Shown: positions 27,165-36,440, counted from the stretch's first letter. The stretch: DNA of 64,000 bases from Oscillospiraceae bacterium (GCA_031261445.1 JAISJQ010000025.1:14635-78634), one strand, 5' to 3'. Notes: generated by a model not told the origin, from the sequence alone. Numbers and translations are program-made.

Positions 27165-27425
27165 TCATTCCGCCGCCGGCTCTTCTTCCTCAAACATTTC
27201 TAGCATGGTGCAGCCCAACACTTCGGCCAGCGCCCGTAGCTCATAATCGGCCACAGAACGTATCTGTCCCTCGATTTTTGAGAGACCGCTGGAATTGAGA
27301 TCAATTCCCATAATCTGCAGTTGGCTGAGTAGGTCTTTCTGCTTAATATTCAGCTCTTTGCGACGCCTAGCAACAAAAGCGCCCACAATATTGCGGTCTC
27401 CAGTGGAGAGTTTTCGCACGCGCAC
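27165..27425 (-). CDS. XRE-family helix-turn-helix transcriptional regulator
   Basis: 86 aa. GTG start behind GGAGG. HTH_3-like segment (RRRKELNIKQKDLLSQLQIMGIDLNSSGLSKIEG). Confidence 0.75.
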   Translation of the reverse strand: MRVRKLSTGDRNIVGAFVARRRKELNIKQKDLLSQLQIMGIDLNSSGLSKIEGQIRSVADYELRALAEVLGCTMLEMFEEEEPAAE

Positions 27426-27511
27426 TTTTACCTCCTGACAGGGTGAGTATGATAACTCCTAAAATGAGAAATGGTGAGCAGAGGATGCAGGAATGAGAGG
27501 GGTCATCTATT

Positions 27512-27539
27512 AGTATACCACATTTTTTTTTCTTGTCAA
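27512..27539 (-). promoter_or_regulatory. promoter of XRE regulator gene
   Basis: On the minus strand: TTGACA, 16-nt spacer, TATACT with TGn extension. Confidence 0.65.
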
Positions 27540-27660
27540 GCATTATGAACAAAATAGACCGTTTGTTCTGAAAAAGTTAACAAAAAAACGTTGAAATGTT
27601 ATCACTCTTGGGGCATAATCGGTTGTCGGGTACACATTTGGGGATACGCACAACGCTTCG

Positions 27661-27700
27661 CGCCTGCATCCTCACGCCTCATCCCTCAATGCCCTCATTC
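27661..27700. repeat. CCTCA-type heptad array overlapping the oxidoreductase stop
   Basis: cgcctgcatcctcacgcctcatccctcaatgccctcattc. Confidence 0.8.
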
Positions 27701-28651
27701 TTCGAACGGGTATTTTAGCCCCATTTGGCGGCGGCATTCGTCTAGTATGCCCATGATTTCCACTGTGTTTTCCAGCGGCACATAGCGGCTCTCCGTCTGC
27801 CCCTGCCGGATTTCGTCGGCCACCACGCTGAATTCGTTGCCGTAGCCGCCATCGCCCTTGAAGCGCGTCTTGCGCCGACCTTGCACGAGCGTGGCTTTGT
27901 TGGTGCAGTGGAAAAACGGACAGCGGATTTCCCCCTGCGTCCCCGTGATGATCAGCTTTTCCGAGATGTCTCGCGTGAGCGAAATGGTCACGGGCACGCG
28001 CAGTCCATTCGCGTAGTCCAGCGTGACGACTTCGTCCACGTCCGCGCCGTCCCGCAACGTGCCTTTGCAGGTGACGTGCTCCGGCTTGCCCAGCAGGTTG
28101 TAGAGGTAGGTCAGCGGGTAGACGCCGATATCCAGCAGTGCGCCGCCGGCGGTGTTGGGGTTATAGACGCGGTCGGCAGAGCGCGGAATGCGCGTGCAAA
28201 AGCTGATTTGGATGTTTTTGATCTCGCCGATCTCCCCGCACCAAGCCTTCACCTGCCGCGCCACGGGGGAATACCACGTCCACATGGCCTCGGCCAGATA
28301 GACGCCCTTTTCCCGTGCCAGCGCCACCAGCTCCTGCGCCTGTGCACGGGTGACGGTGAAGGCCTTCTCCACCAACACGGGCTTGCCCAGCAGGAGGCAC
28401 TCCCGCGCGGCGGCGTAGTGGTGGTTGTGCGTGGTGGCGATGTAGACACCCTGCACGTCGGGTCTGTCGACCGCCTGTGCAATCGTTGCGCAGGGCACAG
28501 CGCCGAACTTTTTGCCAAACTCCGCCGCCCTTTGTGGATTACGATTCCAGACGGACACAATGCGGTGTTGTCCGGTTTTCAGGATCTGTTTTGCGGTGCT
28601 GCGGGCAATCCCGCCCGCGCCGATGTAAGCCCAATTGAATTTCTCGCGCAT
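27695..28651 (-). CDS. Gfo/Idh/MocA family oxidoreductase
   Basis: N-terminal Rossmann motif (WAYIGAGGIARS) and an EKAF-type motif (VLVEKAF). Confidence 0.8.
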   Translation of the reverse strand: MREKFNWAYIGAGGIARSTAKQILKTGQHRIVSVWNRNPQRAAEFGKKFGAVPCATIAQAVDRPDVQGVYIATTHNHHYAAARECLLLGKPVLVEKAFTVTRAQAQELVALAREKGVYLAEAMWTWYSPVARQVKAWCGEIGEIKNIQISFCTRIPRSADRVYNPNTAGGALLDIGVYPLTYLYNLLGKPEHVTCKGTLRDGADVDEVVTLDYANGLRVPVTISLTRDISEKLIITGTQGEIRCPFFHCTNKATLVQGRRKTRFKGDGGYGNEFSVVADEIRQGQTESRYVPLENTVEIMGILDECRRQMGLKYPFEE

Positions 28652-28665
28652 ATTCGCACTCCTTA

Positions 28666-28717
28666 CTAGATGCTAAGCAAATAATTGTACATTGTAAATT
28701 GTTCATTGTTCATTGAA
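28666..28717. repeat. short CTAGATG unit plus GTTCATT-type heptad array abutting the mgtA stop
   Basis: ctagatgcta ... ttgtacattgtaaattgttcattgttcattgaa. Confidence 0.8.
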
Positions 28718-31360
28718 TTACAGCCATTCGCCGAATAGCTTCACGTAGATTTTCTTCACCACTTGGGTGGAGACGCAGTAGCCCGCCAAAAGCGCCAGCA
28801 GCCACGGCAGGAACAGCAGCGGCAGGCGTGCCATGTCGAGCCCCACGGCCAAGCCGCTGAAGCCCACCAGCAGGGTCACCGCCGCCACAATCAGCGTGGG
28901 CAACCACAGCGCAAGACTGGGCTTGCTCTGCAAAAACGGCACTTTCGCGGTGCGGATCATGTGGATAATGAGCACCTGCGAGACCGTCCCGAACACAAAC
29001 CAACCGCATTGGAAGAGCGGCGCGTTTTCCAGCCCGTTGGCCTGAATGACCCACCACATAATCGCGAAGCACAGAATGTCGAACACGGAGCTGAGCGGGC
29101 CCATGAACGCCATGAAGGACTTGATGGATTTCGTCTCCCACTTGCGCGGTTTTTTCAGGTATTCCGCATCCACGCGGTCAAAGGGCATCCCCATCTGCGA
29201 AAAGTCGCACAGCAGGTTTTGCGTGAGGATCTGCACGGAGAGCATGGGCAAAAACGGCAGGAAAATGCTGGCCACCATCACGGAAATCATGTTGCCAAAG
29301 TTGCCGCTGGCCGCCATTTTGATGTACTTGACGATGTTGCCAAAGGTGCGCCGCCCCTCCAGCACGCCCGCTTCCAGCACCATCAGGTCTTTTTGCAGCA
29401 GGATGATGTCGGCGGTCTCTTTGGCGATATCCACCGCACTGTCGACCGAAATGCCCACGTCCGCTTGGTGTAGCGGCGGCGCGTCGTTGATGCCGTCGCC
29501 CATGTACCCCACCGTGTGCCCGTTGGTCTGTAGCGCCTTGACCACGCGCTCTTTTTGCGCAGGCGAGAGCTTGGCGTAAAGGTCGCAGGTCTCTACAGCC
29601 GCCTGAAGCTGTTCATCGTCCAGGAGCGCCACGTCCTTGCCCGTGAGCACCTGCTCGGTGCGCACGCCCACCTTGCCGCAGACTTTGATGGCCACGCCCT
29701 CGCTGTCCCCCGTGAGGACGACCGTGCGCACGCCGTGCTCCCGCAGGGCGGCAATGGCCGTTTTCGCGCTCTCTTTGGGGGGATCGAGGAAGCCGACAAA
29801 GCCGATGAGCACCATCTCGCTCTCGTCCGCCACGCTAAACGCGCCCGAGCCGGGCACGGCGTTTTTCTGCGCCACGGCAATCATCCGCAGACCGTCGGCG
29901 TTGTGTTTTTCGTAGGTCTCCAGCGCGATGCGGCGGTTTTCGTCATCCAACGGCAGAATCTGGCCGCGCATCTCGGCCAGCGTGCAGGTGGCCAGCACTT
30001 CCTCCACCGCGCCCTTGGTGATGAGCTGACGCTTGCCCGTTTCGTCCTCGAGCACCACGCTCATGCGGCGGCGGGCAAAGTCAAAGGGGATTTCGTCCAC
30101 GCGGGTGAAACGCTCCAGCTCCGGCGCAAAGCCGTTTTCCTGCGCACGGTTGATGATGGCCAAATCGATCAGATTTTTCAGCCCCGTTTGGAAGGTGCTG
30201 TTGCGGTAGGCGTGGCTGAGCACGCGCGTGTCGTCCTCGCCGTAAGGGTTCAGGTAGCGCTCCAGCACAATCTTGTCTTCGGTGAGCGTGCCCGTTTTGT
30301 CGGTGCACAGCACGTCCATTTCGCCAAAGGTCTGAATCGCGCCCAGCGTCTTGACGATCACCTTGTGTTTGGACATAGAGACCGCGCCCTTGGCCAGCGT
30401 GGAGGTCATGATGACCGGGAGCATCTCCGGCGTGAGCCCCACCGCGATGGAGATGGCAAAGAGCAGCGCCTCCATCCAGTCGCCCTTGGTGAAGCCGTTG
30501 ATGAGCAGCACCACGGGCACCATCACCAGCATCAAGCGAATGAGTAGGCCACTCACGGAATCCACGCCGCGCTCAAAGCTGTTCTTCGCGCGGTCGCCAG
30601 AGAGCGACTTGGCCATAGAGCCAAAATAGGTGTCGTTGCCCGTGGCCAGCGCAATGGCCGTGGCCGAGCCGCTGACGATGTTCGAGCCCATGAAGCCGAT
30701 GTTGGGCAGATCCGTCAGGGCATCGTCTGGCTGTTCACTGATGCTGGAAAATTTCTCAACGGGGTTGGATTCGCCCGTCAGCGCGGCCTGCGCCACGAAG
30801 GTGTCTTTCGTGGTCAAAAAGCGCACGTCGGCGGGGATCATGTCGCCCGCAGAGAGCTTGACGATGTCGCCGGGGACGACTTCGTCCATGGCGATTTCGG
30901 TGCGCTTGCCGTCCCGCCAAACGTCCGCCTTGTTGGAGATCATCTTCGAGAGGCTCTCGGCGGCGGAATTGGAGCGCTGGCTCTGGATGAACGCCACTGT
31001 GCTCGAGAGCAGCACCAGTGCCAAAATGATGCCCACCGTCAGCCAGTCCGGCCGGGAGGAGGACATAACGTCCGTGAACACCGTGATGCCCGCGATGATG
31101 AGCAGCACGATGTTGAACGGGTTGATGACGGCCTCGCGCAGGCGGTGGAGCACGCCGTGCTGTTGCCCGGCAGTGATAACGTTTTTGCCGTACTCGTCCT
31201 GAAATTCCTCCGCCTGCTCGCTGGTCAGCCCCCCCGGCATGGTGGAGAGCGCCGCGTACAGCGCGGACATGTCTTCAAACGCGAACGAGCGCAAACGGCT
31301 TTCGCTCTCGTTTTTGTTTTGGCGGATTTTGTTTTCTTTGTTGAAGAATTTCAACTTCAT
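28718..31360 (-). CDS. mgtA: magnesium-translocating P-type ATPase
   Basis: 880 aa with DKTGTLT, TGD and MGDGINDAPPL motifs. The N-terminal region is typical of MgtA/MgtB. Confidence 0.88.
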   Translation of the reverse strand: MKLKFFNKENKIRQNKNESESRLRSFAFEDMSALYAALSTMPGGLTSEQAEEFQDEYGKNVITAGQQHGVLHRLREAVINPFNIVLLIIAGITVFTDVMSSSRPDWLTVGIILALVLLSSTVAFIQSQRSNSAAESLSKMISNKADVWRDGKRTEIAMDEVVPGDIVKLSAGDMIPADVRFLTTKDTFVAQAALTGESNPVEKFSSISEQPDDALTDLPNIGFMGSNIVSGSATAIALATGNDTYFGSMAKSLSGDRAKNSFERGVDSVSGLLIRLMLVMVPVVLLINGFTKGDWMEALLFAISIAVGLTPEMLPVIMTSTLAKGAVSMSKHKVIVKTLGAIQTFGEMDVLCTDKTGTLTEDKIVLERYLNPYGEDDTRVLSHAYRNSTFQTGLKNLIDLAIINRAQENGFAPELERFTRVDEIPFDFARRRMSVVLEDETGKRQLITKGAVEEVLATCTLAEMRGQILPLDDENRRIALETYEKHNADGLRMIAVAQKNAVPGSGAFSVADESEMVLIGFVGFLDPPKESAKTAIAALREHGVRTVVLTGDSEGVAIKVCGKVGVRTEQVLTGKDVALLDDEQLQAAVETCDLYAKLSPAQKERVVKALQTNGHTVGYMGDGINDAPPLHQADVGISVDSAVDIAKETADIILLQKDLMVLEAGVLEGRRTFGNIVKYIKMAASGNFGNMISVMVASIFLPFLPMLSVQILTQNLLCDFSQMGMPFDRVDAEYLKKPRKWETKSIKSFMAFMGPLSSVFDILCFAIMWWVIQANGLENAPLFQCGWFVFGTVSQVLIIHMIRTAKVPFLQSKPSLALWLPTLIVAAVTLLVGFSGLAVGLDMARLPLLFLPWLLALLAGYCVSTQVVKKIYVKLFGEWL

Positions 31361-31399
31361 GGCATACCTCCTCTAGCGGCCGAGCGATGAACTGGGACT

Positions 31400-31428
31400 A
31401 TTATACCACAAAAAAGCAATCTGCACAA
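31400..31428 (-). promoter_or_regulatory. promoter of mgtA (short leader)
   Basis: On the minus strand: TTGTGC, 17-nt spacer, TATAAT with TGTGG extension, about 35 nt before the ATG. Confidence 0.55.
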
Positions 31429-31462
31429 TGCGGCCAGGACGATTGCCGCTATATTTTGCATT

Positions 31463-31588
31463 GTAGGGGCGCACGCTGATTATCACAAACGCAAGCGGGC
31501 GGCAGATTGCCGCCTCTACAGGCCTCATGCCTGTATCCTCAATCCTCATGCCTCTATAGCAGCGGGCGCACGGGGCGTGTGCCCCTAC
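31463..31588. repeat. half GTAG hairpin, REP-like hairpin plus CCTCA heptads (60-nt unit), second hairpin ending CCCCTAC
   Basis: 31463-31476, 31495-31554 and 31562-31588. Confidence 0.85.
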
Positions 31589-31594
31589 AAAACC

Positions 31595-31632
31595 AAAACG
31601 CCGCTTGAACTTTTCCCGTCAAGCGGCGTTTT
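31595..31632 (-). terminator. intrinsic (potentially bidirectional) terminator after the Big-repeat gene
   Basis: 12-bp stem AACGCCGCTTGA/TCAAGCGGCGTT flanked by an A-run and a T-run. Confidence 0.75.
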
Positions 31633-31647
31633 GGTGCACAAGTTGCG

Positions 31648-33348
31648 TTAGGTGACCGTCACCTTGCAGGTCGCCTTTTTGCCGTTATAGAGCTTGACGG
31701 TGATGATGGCCGTGCCCTTTTTCTTGGCGGTGACAACGCCTTTCGCGCTCACGGTGGCCACCTTTTCGTTATTGCTCTCCCAAGTGACCGCGCTGGCGGT
31801 GTTCGCTGGCAGGGTACTCTTTAAGGTCAGCGTTTTCTTCACGGCCAGTTTCGCCGTGGTCTTGCTGATGGTCACTTTGCTGGGGGCGGCTTTCACCGTC
31901 ACGGTGAACGTGGCGGGCTTTTTGTTGTATGTCGTCACCGTGATGGTGGTTTTGCCCACGCCTTTGGCGGTGATGCGCCCCGCAGAATCCACGGTGGCGA
32001 TTTTGGAATTCGCGCTTTTGTACGTGCGCGTGGTTTGCGCGGCGGCGGGTGTGAGCGTGACGGCGGTGGCGTATTTCTCCCCCACGCCCAGCGTGACGGA
32101 TTTCACCTTATAGGCAATCTTTGTGGGCGCGGCCTTGACGGTGACGGTGAATTTCGCGCTCAGCTCGTTATAGGTCGTGACGGTGATGGTGGCCTTGCCC
32201 ACGCCTTTGGCGGTGATTCTGCCCGCAGAATCCACGGTCGCGATTTTTTCGTTGTCGCTTTTATACGTGCGCTTGTCCTTCGCCGCCGCAGGGGTGAGGG
32301 TCACGGCAGAGCTGTATTTCTCCCCCACGCCCAGCGTGATAGACGCTGGCTTGAAAGCGATTTTTGTGGGCACGGCTTTCACCGTCACGGTGAGATTGGC
32401 GACCAATTTGTTGTAGCTTTGCACTTTGATGGTCACCGTGCCCACGCCCACGGCGGTGACAACGCCGTCCGCGTCCACGGTGGCGATCTTCTTGTTGGCG
32501 CTCGTATATGTGCGCTTGTCCCGGGCGTTCGTGGGCGTAATCGTCACGGCTGAGCGATACTTTTCGCCCACACCCAGCGTCACGGCAGTGCTCTTATAGG
32601 CAAGCGCGGTCGGCGCAGGCAGGACGGTGACGGTCAGCTCGTCGGTTAAGCTGTTATAGCTTTGCACTTTGATGGTGGTCGTGCCCACGCCAACGGCGGT
32701 GACAACGCCGCTGGCATCCACGGTGGCGACTTTTTTGTTTAAGCTGGTATACGTGCGGCTGTCCTTGGCCGCCTTCGGCGCGAGCGTGACGACGGTGGTA
32801 GCTTCTTCGCCCACGCCCAGCGTGAGGGGCGCGGTTTTGTAGGCCAGATCCGTCAAGGCCTCCAGCACCGTGACGGTCTGCGTGGCGGTCTTGTTGTTGT
32901 AGCTGGTGACGGTGATGGTGGCGGTGCCCGCGGCCACGGCGGTCACTTTGCCGCTGGCGTCCACGGTGGCGATGCTCTCATCGGAAGAGATGTACGTGCG
33001 CACCGCCTTGGCATCCGCAGGCGTTAGGGTGAGCGCGGGGGTGTTGATTTCGCCCACGCCCAGCGTGCTCTCGGCGGCTTTGAAGGCGATATCCTTGAGC
33101 GCAGGCTTCACGGTGATGACCAGCTTCGCGCTCTGATTGTTATAGGTGGTGGTGACGGTGATGGTGGCCGTGCCGGCGGCCTTCGCGCTGATTTTCCCGG
33201 CCGCGTCCACGGTCGCCACGGCCGTGTTGGAGGACGCATAACTGCGCCCACTGGCCGCACCGCCCGGCGTGATGACCGTGCTTGTCGCCAACGTTTGCCC
33301 CACGGCCAGCAGGGTCTCGCTTGCGCTGAGGGTGATGCCCGTGGGCTT
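31648..33348 (-). repeat. in-frame tandem repeats of ~240 nt encoding 7 Big_2 domains
   Basis: Adjacent units are highly similar at protein level (e.g. ..KIATVDSAGRITAKGVGKATITVTTYN.. twice). Confidence 0.8.
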
Positions 33349-34404
33349 GGGCGTGACGGCAATGGGGATGCTCGCCGTGGCGGTCGCGCCATTCAGGGCG
33401 TAACTGACGGTGACGGCAGTGTCCGTGGTCTTGAGCGCGGCGGTGGGGACGGTGTACGCCGTGACGGCGGCGGATTTGCCGTTGTTATAAGTCGCGGTGA
33501 CGACCAGTCCCGTTTTGTCGAACTTCTCGTCTTCAACGTACTGCACTTTGGCGGGCTTGGCGGTGATGGACAAGGCCGTGGGCTTTTTGCCGGACACCGT
33601 GATGGCCTGCGTGGTGGTTTTGGTCACAGACGCGTGGGTGTAGCTGATGGTCACGCTCTTGGTGGCGGTCGTCAAGGCCGCCGTGGGAACGGTGTAGGCC
33701 GTGACCGCGCCAGACGTGCCGTTGTCATAGGTCGCGGTGACAACCATGCCGCTTTTGTTGAAGACTTCGTCTTCTATGTAGCCCGTCTTGCTGGGCGGGG
33801 CAGTGACGGCGATTTGGGTCAGTGCCTTGGCACGCACACTGATGGGCGTGGTGGTGGTGACGGTCTGGCCGTTTTCGGTGTAGCTGATGGTCGCGCTGGT
33901 GCTCCCGGTGGTGAGCTTTGCGCTGGGGACGGCGAAATTGGTGACGGCGGCAGACGTGCCATTGTCATAATCCACGCGGACGGTCAAGCCCGCCTTGTCG
34001 AAGAGCTGCTCTTCAATGTACGCCGTCTTGTTGGGCGCGTGGGTGACGGTGATTTTGGTGGGCGTTTTGGCGCGAATGGTGATGGGCACTTCCGCTTGGA
34101 TCGTCCGCACCGCCGAGAGCTGCCAGATGACGTAGATTTTCTCGCCGGCTTTGGTGATATCGTCAGAAATGGCGTAATTCTGCACCGTTTCGGGCTCGCC
34201 TTCGGCGTATTGCAGCTGGACAACCATGCCCTTGGGCTCAAAGCGGTCGCCCTCAAGATAGTCATTTTTGGTGGGCGGGGTGAGGACGACGATGGCCGTG
34301 GGCTGATCCGCCGCCAATGCGGAAAAAGTGCCGACAAACGCGCCCATGAGCACGCAGACAGCCGCGACCAGCGCGAGCATTTTTCTGGGAAATGTGTGTT
34401 TCAT
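31648..34404 (-). CDS. cell-surface protein with 4 Big_3-like and 7 Big_2 Ig-like repeats
   Basis: Start MKHTFPRKMLALVAAV (signal peptide). Repeated YxEGxxFDxxGLxVxxxYxNG units, then repeated ATVDxxGxVTAxxxGTATITV units. Confidence 0.85.
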   Translation of the reverse strand: MKHTFPRKMLALVAAVCVLMGAFVGTFSALAADQPTAIVVLTPPTKNDYLEGDRFEPKGMVVQLQYAEGEPETVQNYAISDDITKAGEKIYVIWQLSAVRTIQAEVPITIRAKTPTKITVTHAPNKTAYIEEQLFDKAGLTVRVDYDNGTSAAVTNFAVPSAKLTTGSTSATISYTENGQTVTTTTPISVRAKALTQIAVTAPPSKTGYIEDEVFNKSGMVVTATYDNGTSGAVTAYTVPTAALTTATKSVTISYTHASVTKTTTQAITVSGKKPTALSITAKPAKVQYVEDEKFDKTGLVVTATYNNGKSAAVTAYTVPTAALKTTDTAVTVSYALNGATATASIPIAVTPKPTGITLSASETLLAVGQTLATSTVITPGGAASGRSYASSNTAVATVDAAGKISAKAAGTATITVTTTYNNQSAKLVITVKPALKDIAFKAAESTLGVGEINTPALTLTPADAKAVRTYISSDESIATVDASGKVTAVAAGTATITVTSYNNKTATQTVTVLEALTDLAYKTAPLTLGVGEEATTVVTLAPKAAKDSRTYTSLNKKVATVDASGVVTAVGVGTTTIKVQSYNSLTDELTVTVLPAPTALAYKSTAVTLGVGEKYRSAVTITPTNARDKRTYTSANKKIATVDADGVVTAVGVGTVTIKVQSYNKLVANLTVTVKAVPTKIAFKPASITLGVGEKYSSAVTLTPAAAKDKRTYKSDNEKIATVDSAGRITAKGVGKATITVTTYNELSAKFTVTVKAAPTKIAYKVKSVTLGVGEKYATAVTLTPAAAQTTRTYKSANSKIATVDSAGRITAKGVGKTTITVTTYNKKPATFTVTVKAAPSKVTISKTTAKLAVKKTLTLKSTLPANTASAVTWESNNEKVATVSAKGVVTAKKKGTAIITVKLYNGKKATCKVTVT

Positions 34405-34539
34405 CAAAATACCTCCTAAGTTGGAGCGCAAGAAGCCCCACTATACAGCTAATAGTATAGCGTAAGCGGTCGAAAAAGTCAAACGGCTGAGAGGAGAGAG
34501 GCGTGACGAATCAGCCCACAAGAATGCATTTCTAGAAAC

Positions 34540-34581
34540 TTTCGAATATAGAAACAAAACATATCACGCGTGTGCTATACT
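34540..34581 (+). promoter_or_regulatory. 42-nt shared promoter-proximal motif, copy upstream of hypothetical gene 34615
   Basis: TTTCGAATATAGAAACAAAACATATCACGCGTGTGCTATACT. Confidence 0.6.
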
Positions 34582-34614
34582 GTGTGTCGGTAGAGGAACT
34601 ATTTGGAGGGATGC

Positions 34615-35352
34615 ATGAAAAAACTATGGAAAGCGCTAAAAATCGCGGGGATCTCGCTACTCGCGTTGCTCGTTGCGGCAACGGGGTACTACTTCATCCG
34701 TGGGCAACTGTTTCCGCCAACGAAAGTGCTTAAAAACTCCATCATCGTTGACAGCTTGTTTGACATACGAGAACCCGTGAATAGTGCCGCCACACTCGGG
34801 TATATTTTCGTTGCAAAAGTTGAAAAAATCACCGATTATCACGCCAATAAGCTTCTGAGAAAATTCCCAGCGTTCATAAAAAACGAAAGTGATTTCAATT
34901 TCCCGCACGGTCGATATCCCTATTCCGAGCTCAACGTAACCGTTGTACGGAACATCAAAGGCAATTTACCCGAAGGCAAGGAAATTCCCATCTATGCGGG
35001 CTTTGGCTACAATGCCCTGCTGACACACGTTGATAGACAAGCCTATTCCGAGCTACCCGAAACAGGAAAAACGTATCTGTTTCTGTGCAACACAACATCG
35101 GATAACGATCTAGTGGTCATTTCAGACAGTCAAACGCACTTGGATGGAGAAGTAAGTGCCGAAAATGTTGCGCAGTTCGACGTTGTGCGTAGCTATCAAA
35201 AGGCGGTGGTGGCGGCGCAAGACGCAAAAAACGTGCCGAAAATCGTGCTAAAATTCAATGCGCAAAGAGAGATTTTCTTGTCCAAATACGACAGCGACTA
35301 CACACATAAAGGACAAAAAATTCCCGACGATGAAATCGTTGGGAAAGAGTAG
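34615..35352 (+). CDS. membrane-anchored hypothetical protein (lower-GC gene)
   Basis: Start MKKLWKALKIAGISLLALLVAA behind GGAGGG. No recognisable domain. Confidence 0.55.
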   Translation: MKKLWKALKIAGISLLALLVAATGYYFIRGQLFPPTKVLKNSIIVDSLFDIREPVNSAATLGYIFVAKVEKITDYHANKLLRKFPAFIKNESDFNFPHGRYPYSELNVTVVRNIKGNLPEGKEIPIYAGFGYNALLTHVDRQAYSELPETGKTYLFLCNTTSDNDLVVISDSQTHLDGEVSAENVAQFDVVRSYQKAVVAAQDAKNVPKIVLKFNAQREIFLSKYDSDYTHKGQKIPDDEIVGKE

Positions 35353-35355
35353 CTT

Positions 35356-35430
35356 TGAGGCAACCCAGGCGTGAGGGGGTACGCTGGGCGATTTGTGCAT
35401 ACCCTCATTCCTGTATCCTCATCCCTCATT
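35356..35430. repeat. inverted GAGG / CCTCA heptad arrays between convergent genes
   Basis: tgaggcaacccaggcgtgaggggg ... accctcattcctgtatcctcatccctcatt. The right arm contains the response-regulator stop. Confidence 0.8.
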
Positions 35431-36112
35431 ACTCAAACCGATACCCCACGCCGCGCAGGGTGACGATGTGCTCTTTGTGCCGCCCAAGGCGCGCACGGAG
35501 GGTTTTGATGTGCGTGTCCACCGTGCGGTCGTCGCCGAAAAAGTCGTAGCCCCAGACCTTAGAGAGCAGCGTTTCACGGCTGAGCGCGATGTTTTTGTTG
35601 CGCACCAAAAAGAACAGCAGGTCGTATTCTTTGGGCGTGAGCTCCGCTTTTTCGCCGTCACAGGTGACGGTACGCGCGGTCATGTCAATCGCCAGCGCGT
35701 CGTCTTCGTAGACCTCGTGCCCGTCCGCGTCTGTGGCGGGATCTTTATTCTCCGCCGCGCGGGTGATGATGGCGGCAATGCGCGCGATGACCTCCCGCAC
35801 GGAAAACGGCTTGGTGACGTAGTCGTCCACGCCCAGCTCAAAGCCGAAGAGCTTGTCGTATTCCTCCCCCCGCGCCGAGAGCATCAGGATGGGCACGCCC
35901 GACGTTTTGCGGATCTCCTTGCAGGCGGTGAAACCATCCATGCGCGGCATCATGATGTCCAGCACAATCAGGTCAAACGCGGTCTCCCGCGCCATCTGCA
36001 CGGCCGCAAAGCCGTCCGCCGCTTCGCTCACTTCGTAGCCCACAAAGCGGGCATATTCCGCAAAGCCCTCGCGGATGGCCGCCTCATCGTCGGCGATTAA
36101 AATGTGGCTCAT
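35429..36112 (-). CDS. OmpR/PhoB-family response regulator
   Basis: Receiver domain (ILIADDE..LDIMMPRMDG) plus winged-helix domain (LTPKEYDLLFFL..TLRGVGYRF). No histidine kinase is adjacent. Confidence 0.9.
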   Translation of the reverse strand: MSHILIADDEAAIREGFAEYARFVGYEVSEAADGFAAVQMARETAFDLIVLDIMMPRMDGFTACKEIRKTSGVPILMLSARGEEYDKLFGFELGVDDYVTKPFSVREVIARIAAIITRAAENKDPATDADGHEVYEDDALAIDMTARTVTCDGEKAELTPKEYDLLFFLVRNKNIALSRETLLSKVWGYDFFGDDRTVDTHIKTLRARLGRHKEHIVTLRGVGYRFE

Positions 36113-36125
36113 GGGGTGCTCCTTA

Positions 36126-36162
36126 CTAGAAATTAGATATTAGAGACTAGATGCTAGATTTT
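36126..36162. repeat. CTAGATN heptad array (5 units in perfect 7-nt phase) in the response-regulator 5' UTR
   Basis: TAG at 36127, 36134, 36141, 36148 and 36155. Confidence 0.9.
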
Positions 36163-36178
36163 CCGCATCCCTGCATGT

Positions 36179-36207
36179 ATTATAACGGATTCGAGCGTTT
36201 TGCGCAA
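36179..36207 (-). promoter_or_regulatory. promoter of response-regulator gene
   Basis: On the minus strand: TTGCGC, 17-nt spacer, TATAAT. Confidence 0.6.
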
Positions 36208-36349
36208 GTGCCCGTGAGCGGATGTAGTTCCGGTGCACTGCATCCGCCCACGGGGTTGCCCTGCGCGTATATTATCGCCCCCGCGCATGTGTTGGGCATG
36301 GCAGAATTGTGAAGATGTGCTGAAAACTATCGCGATAAATTCCGCAAAA

Positions 36350-36380
36350 GAAACAAAACGCACCGCGCGTGTGCTATAAT
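36350..36380 (+). promoter_or_regulatory. shared promoter motif (3' 31 nt only), copy upstream of aroQ
   Basis: GAAACAAAACGCACCGCGCGTGTGCTATAAT. 25/31 identical to 34551-34581; four of the six differences are transitions in the middle block, and the -10 box differs at two positions. Confidence 0.55.
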
Positions 36381-36440
36381 ACAGGCGCAGAAATCTCGCC
36401 GTGCGCGGCGGACGTATCCCCCCACAAGTAAGGAAAATCT

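Noticed and set aside
27591-27785. 64-aa plus-strand ORF (MKCYHSWGIIGC...).
   Set aside because: It begins at the -35 box of the only plausible promoter, overlaps the 3' end of the oxidoreductase gene, and translates a heptad array. It is unlikely to be coding.
28960-28968. Perfect DnaA-box-like 9-mer TGTGGATAA.
   Set aside because: It is a single occurrence inside the mgtA coding region, 15 kb from dnaA, and not part of a cluster.
31361-31440. Mg2+ (M-box) riboswitch expected upstream of mgtA.
   Set aside because: The predicted promoter leaves only a ~35-nt leader, and nothing resembling the ~160-nt M-box core is visible. Needs an Rfam scan to be certain.
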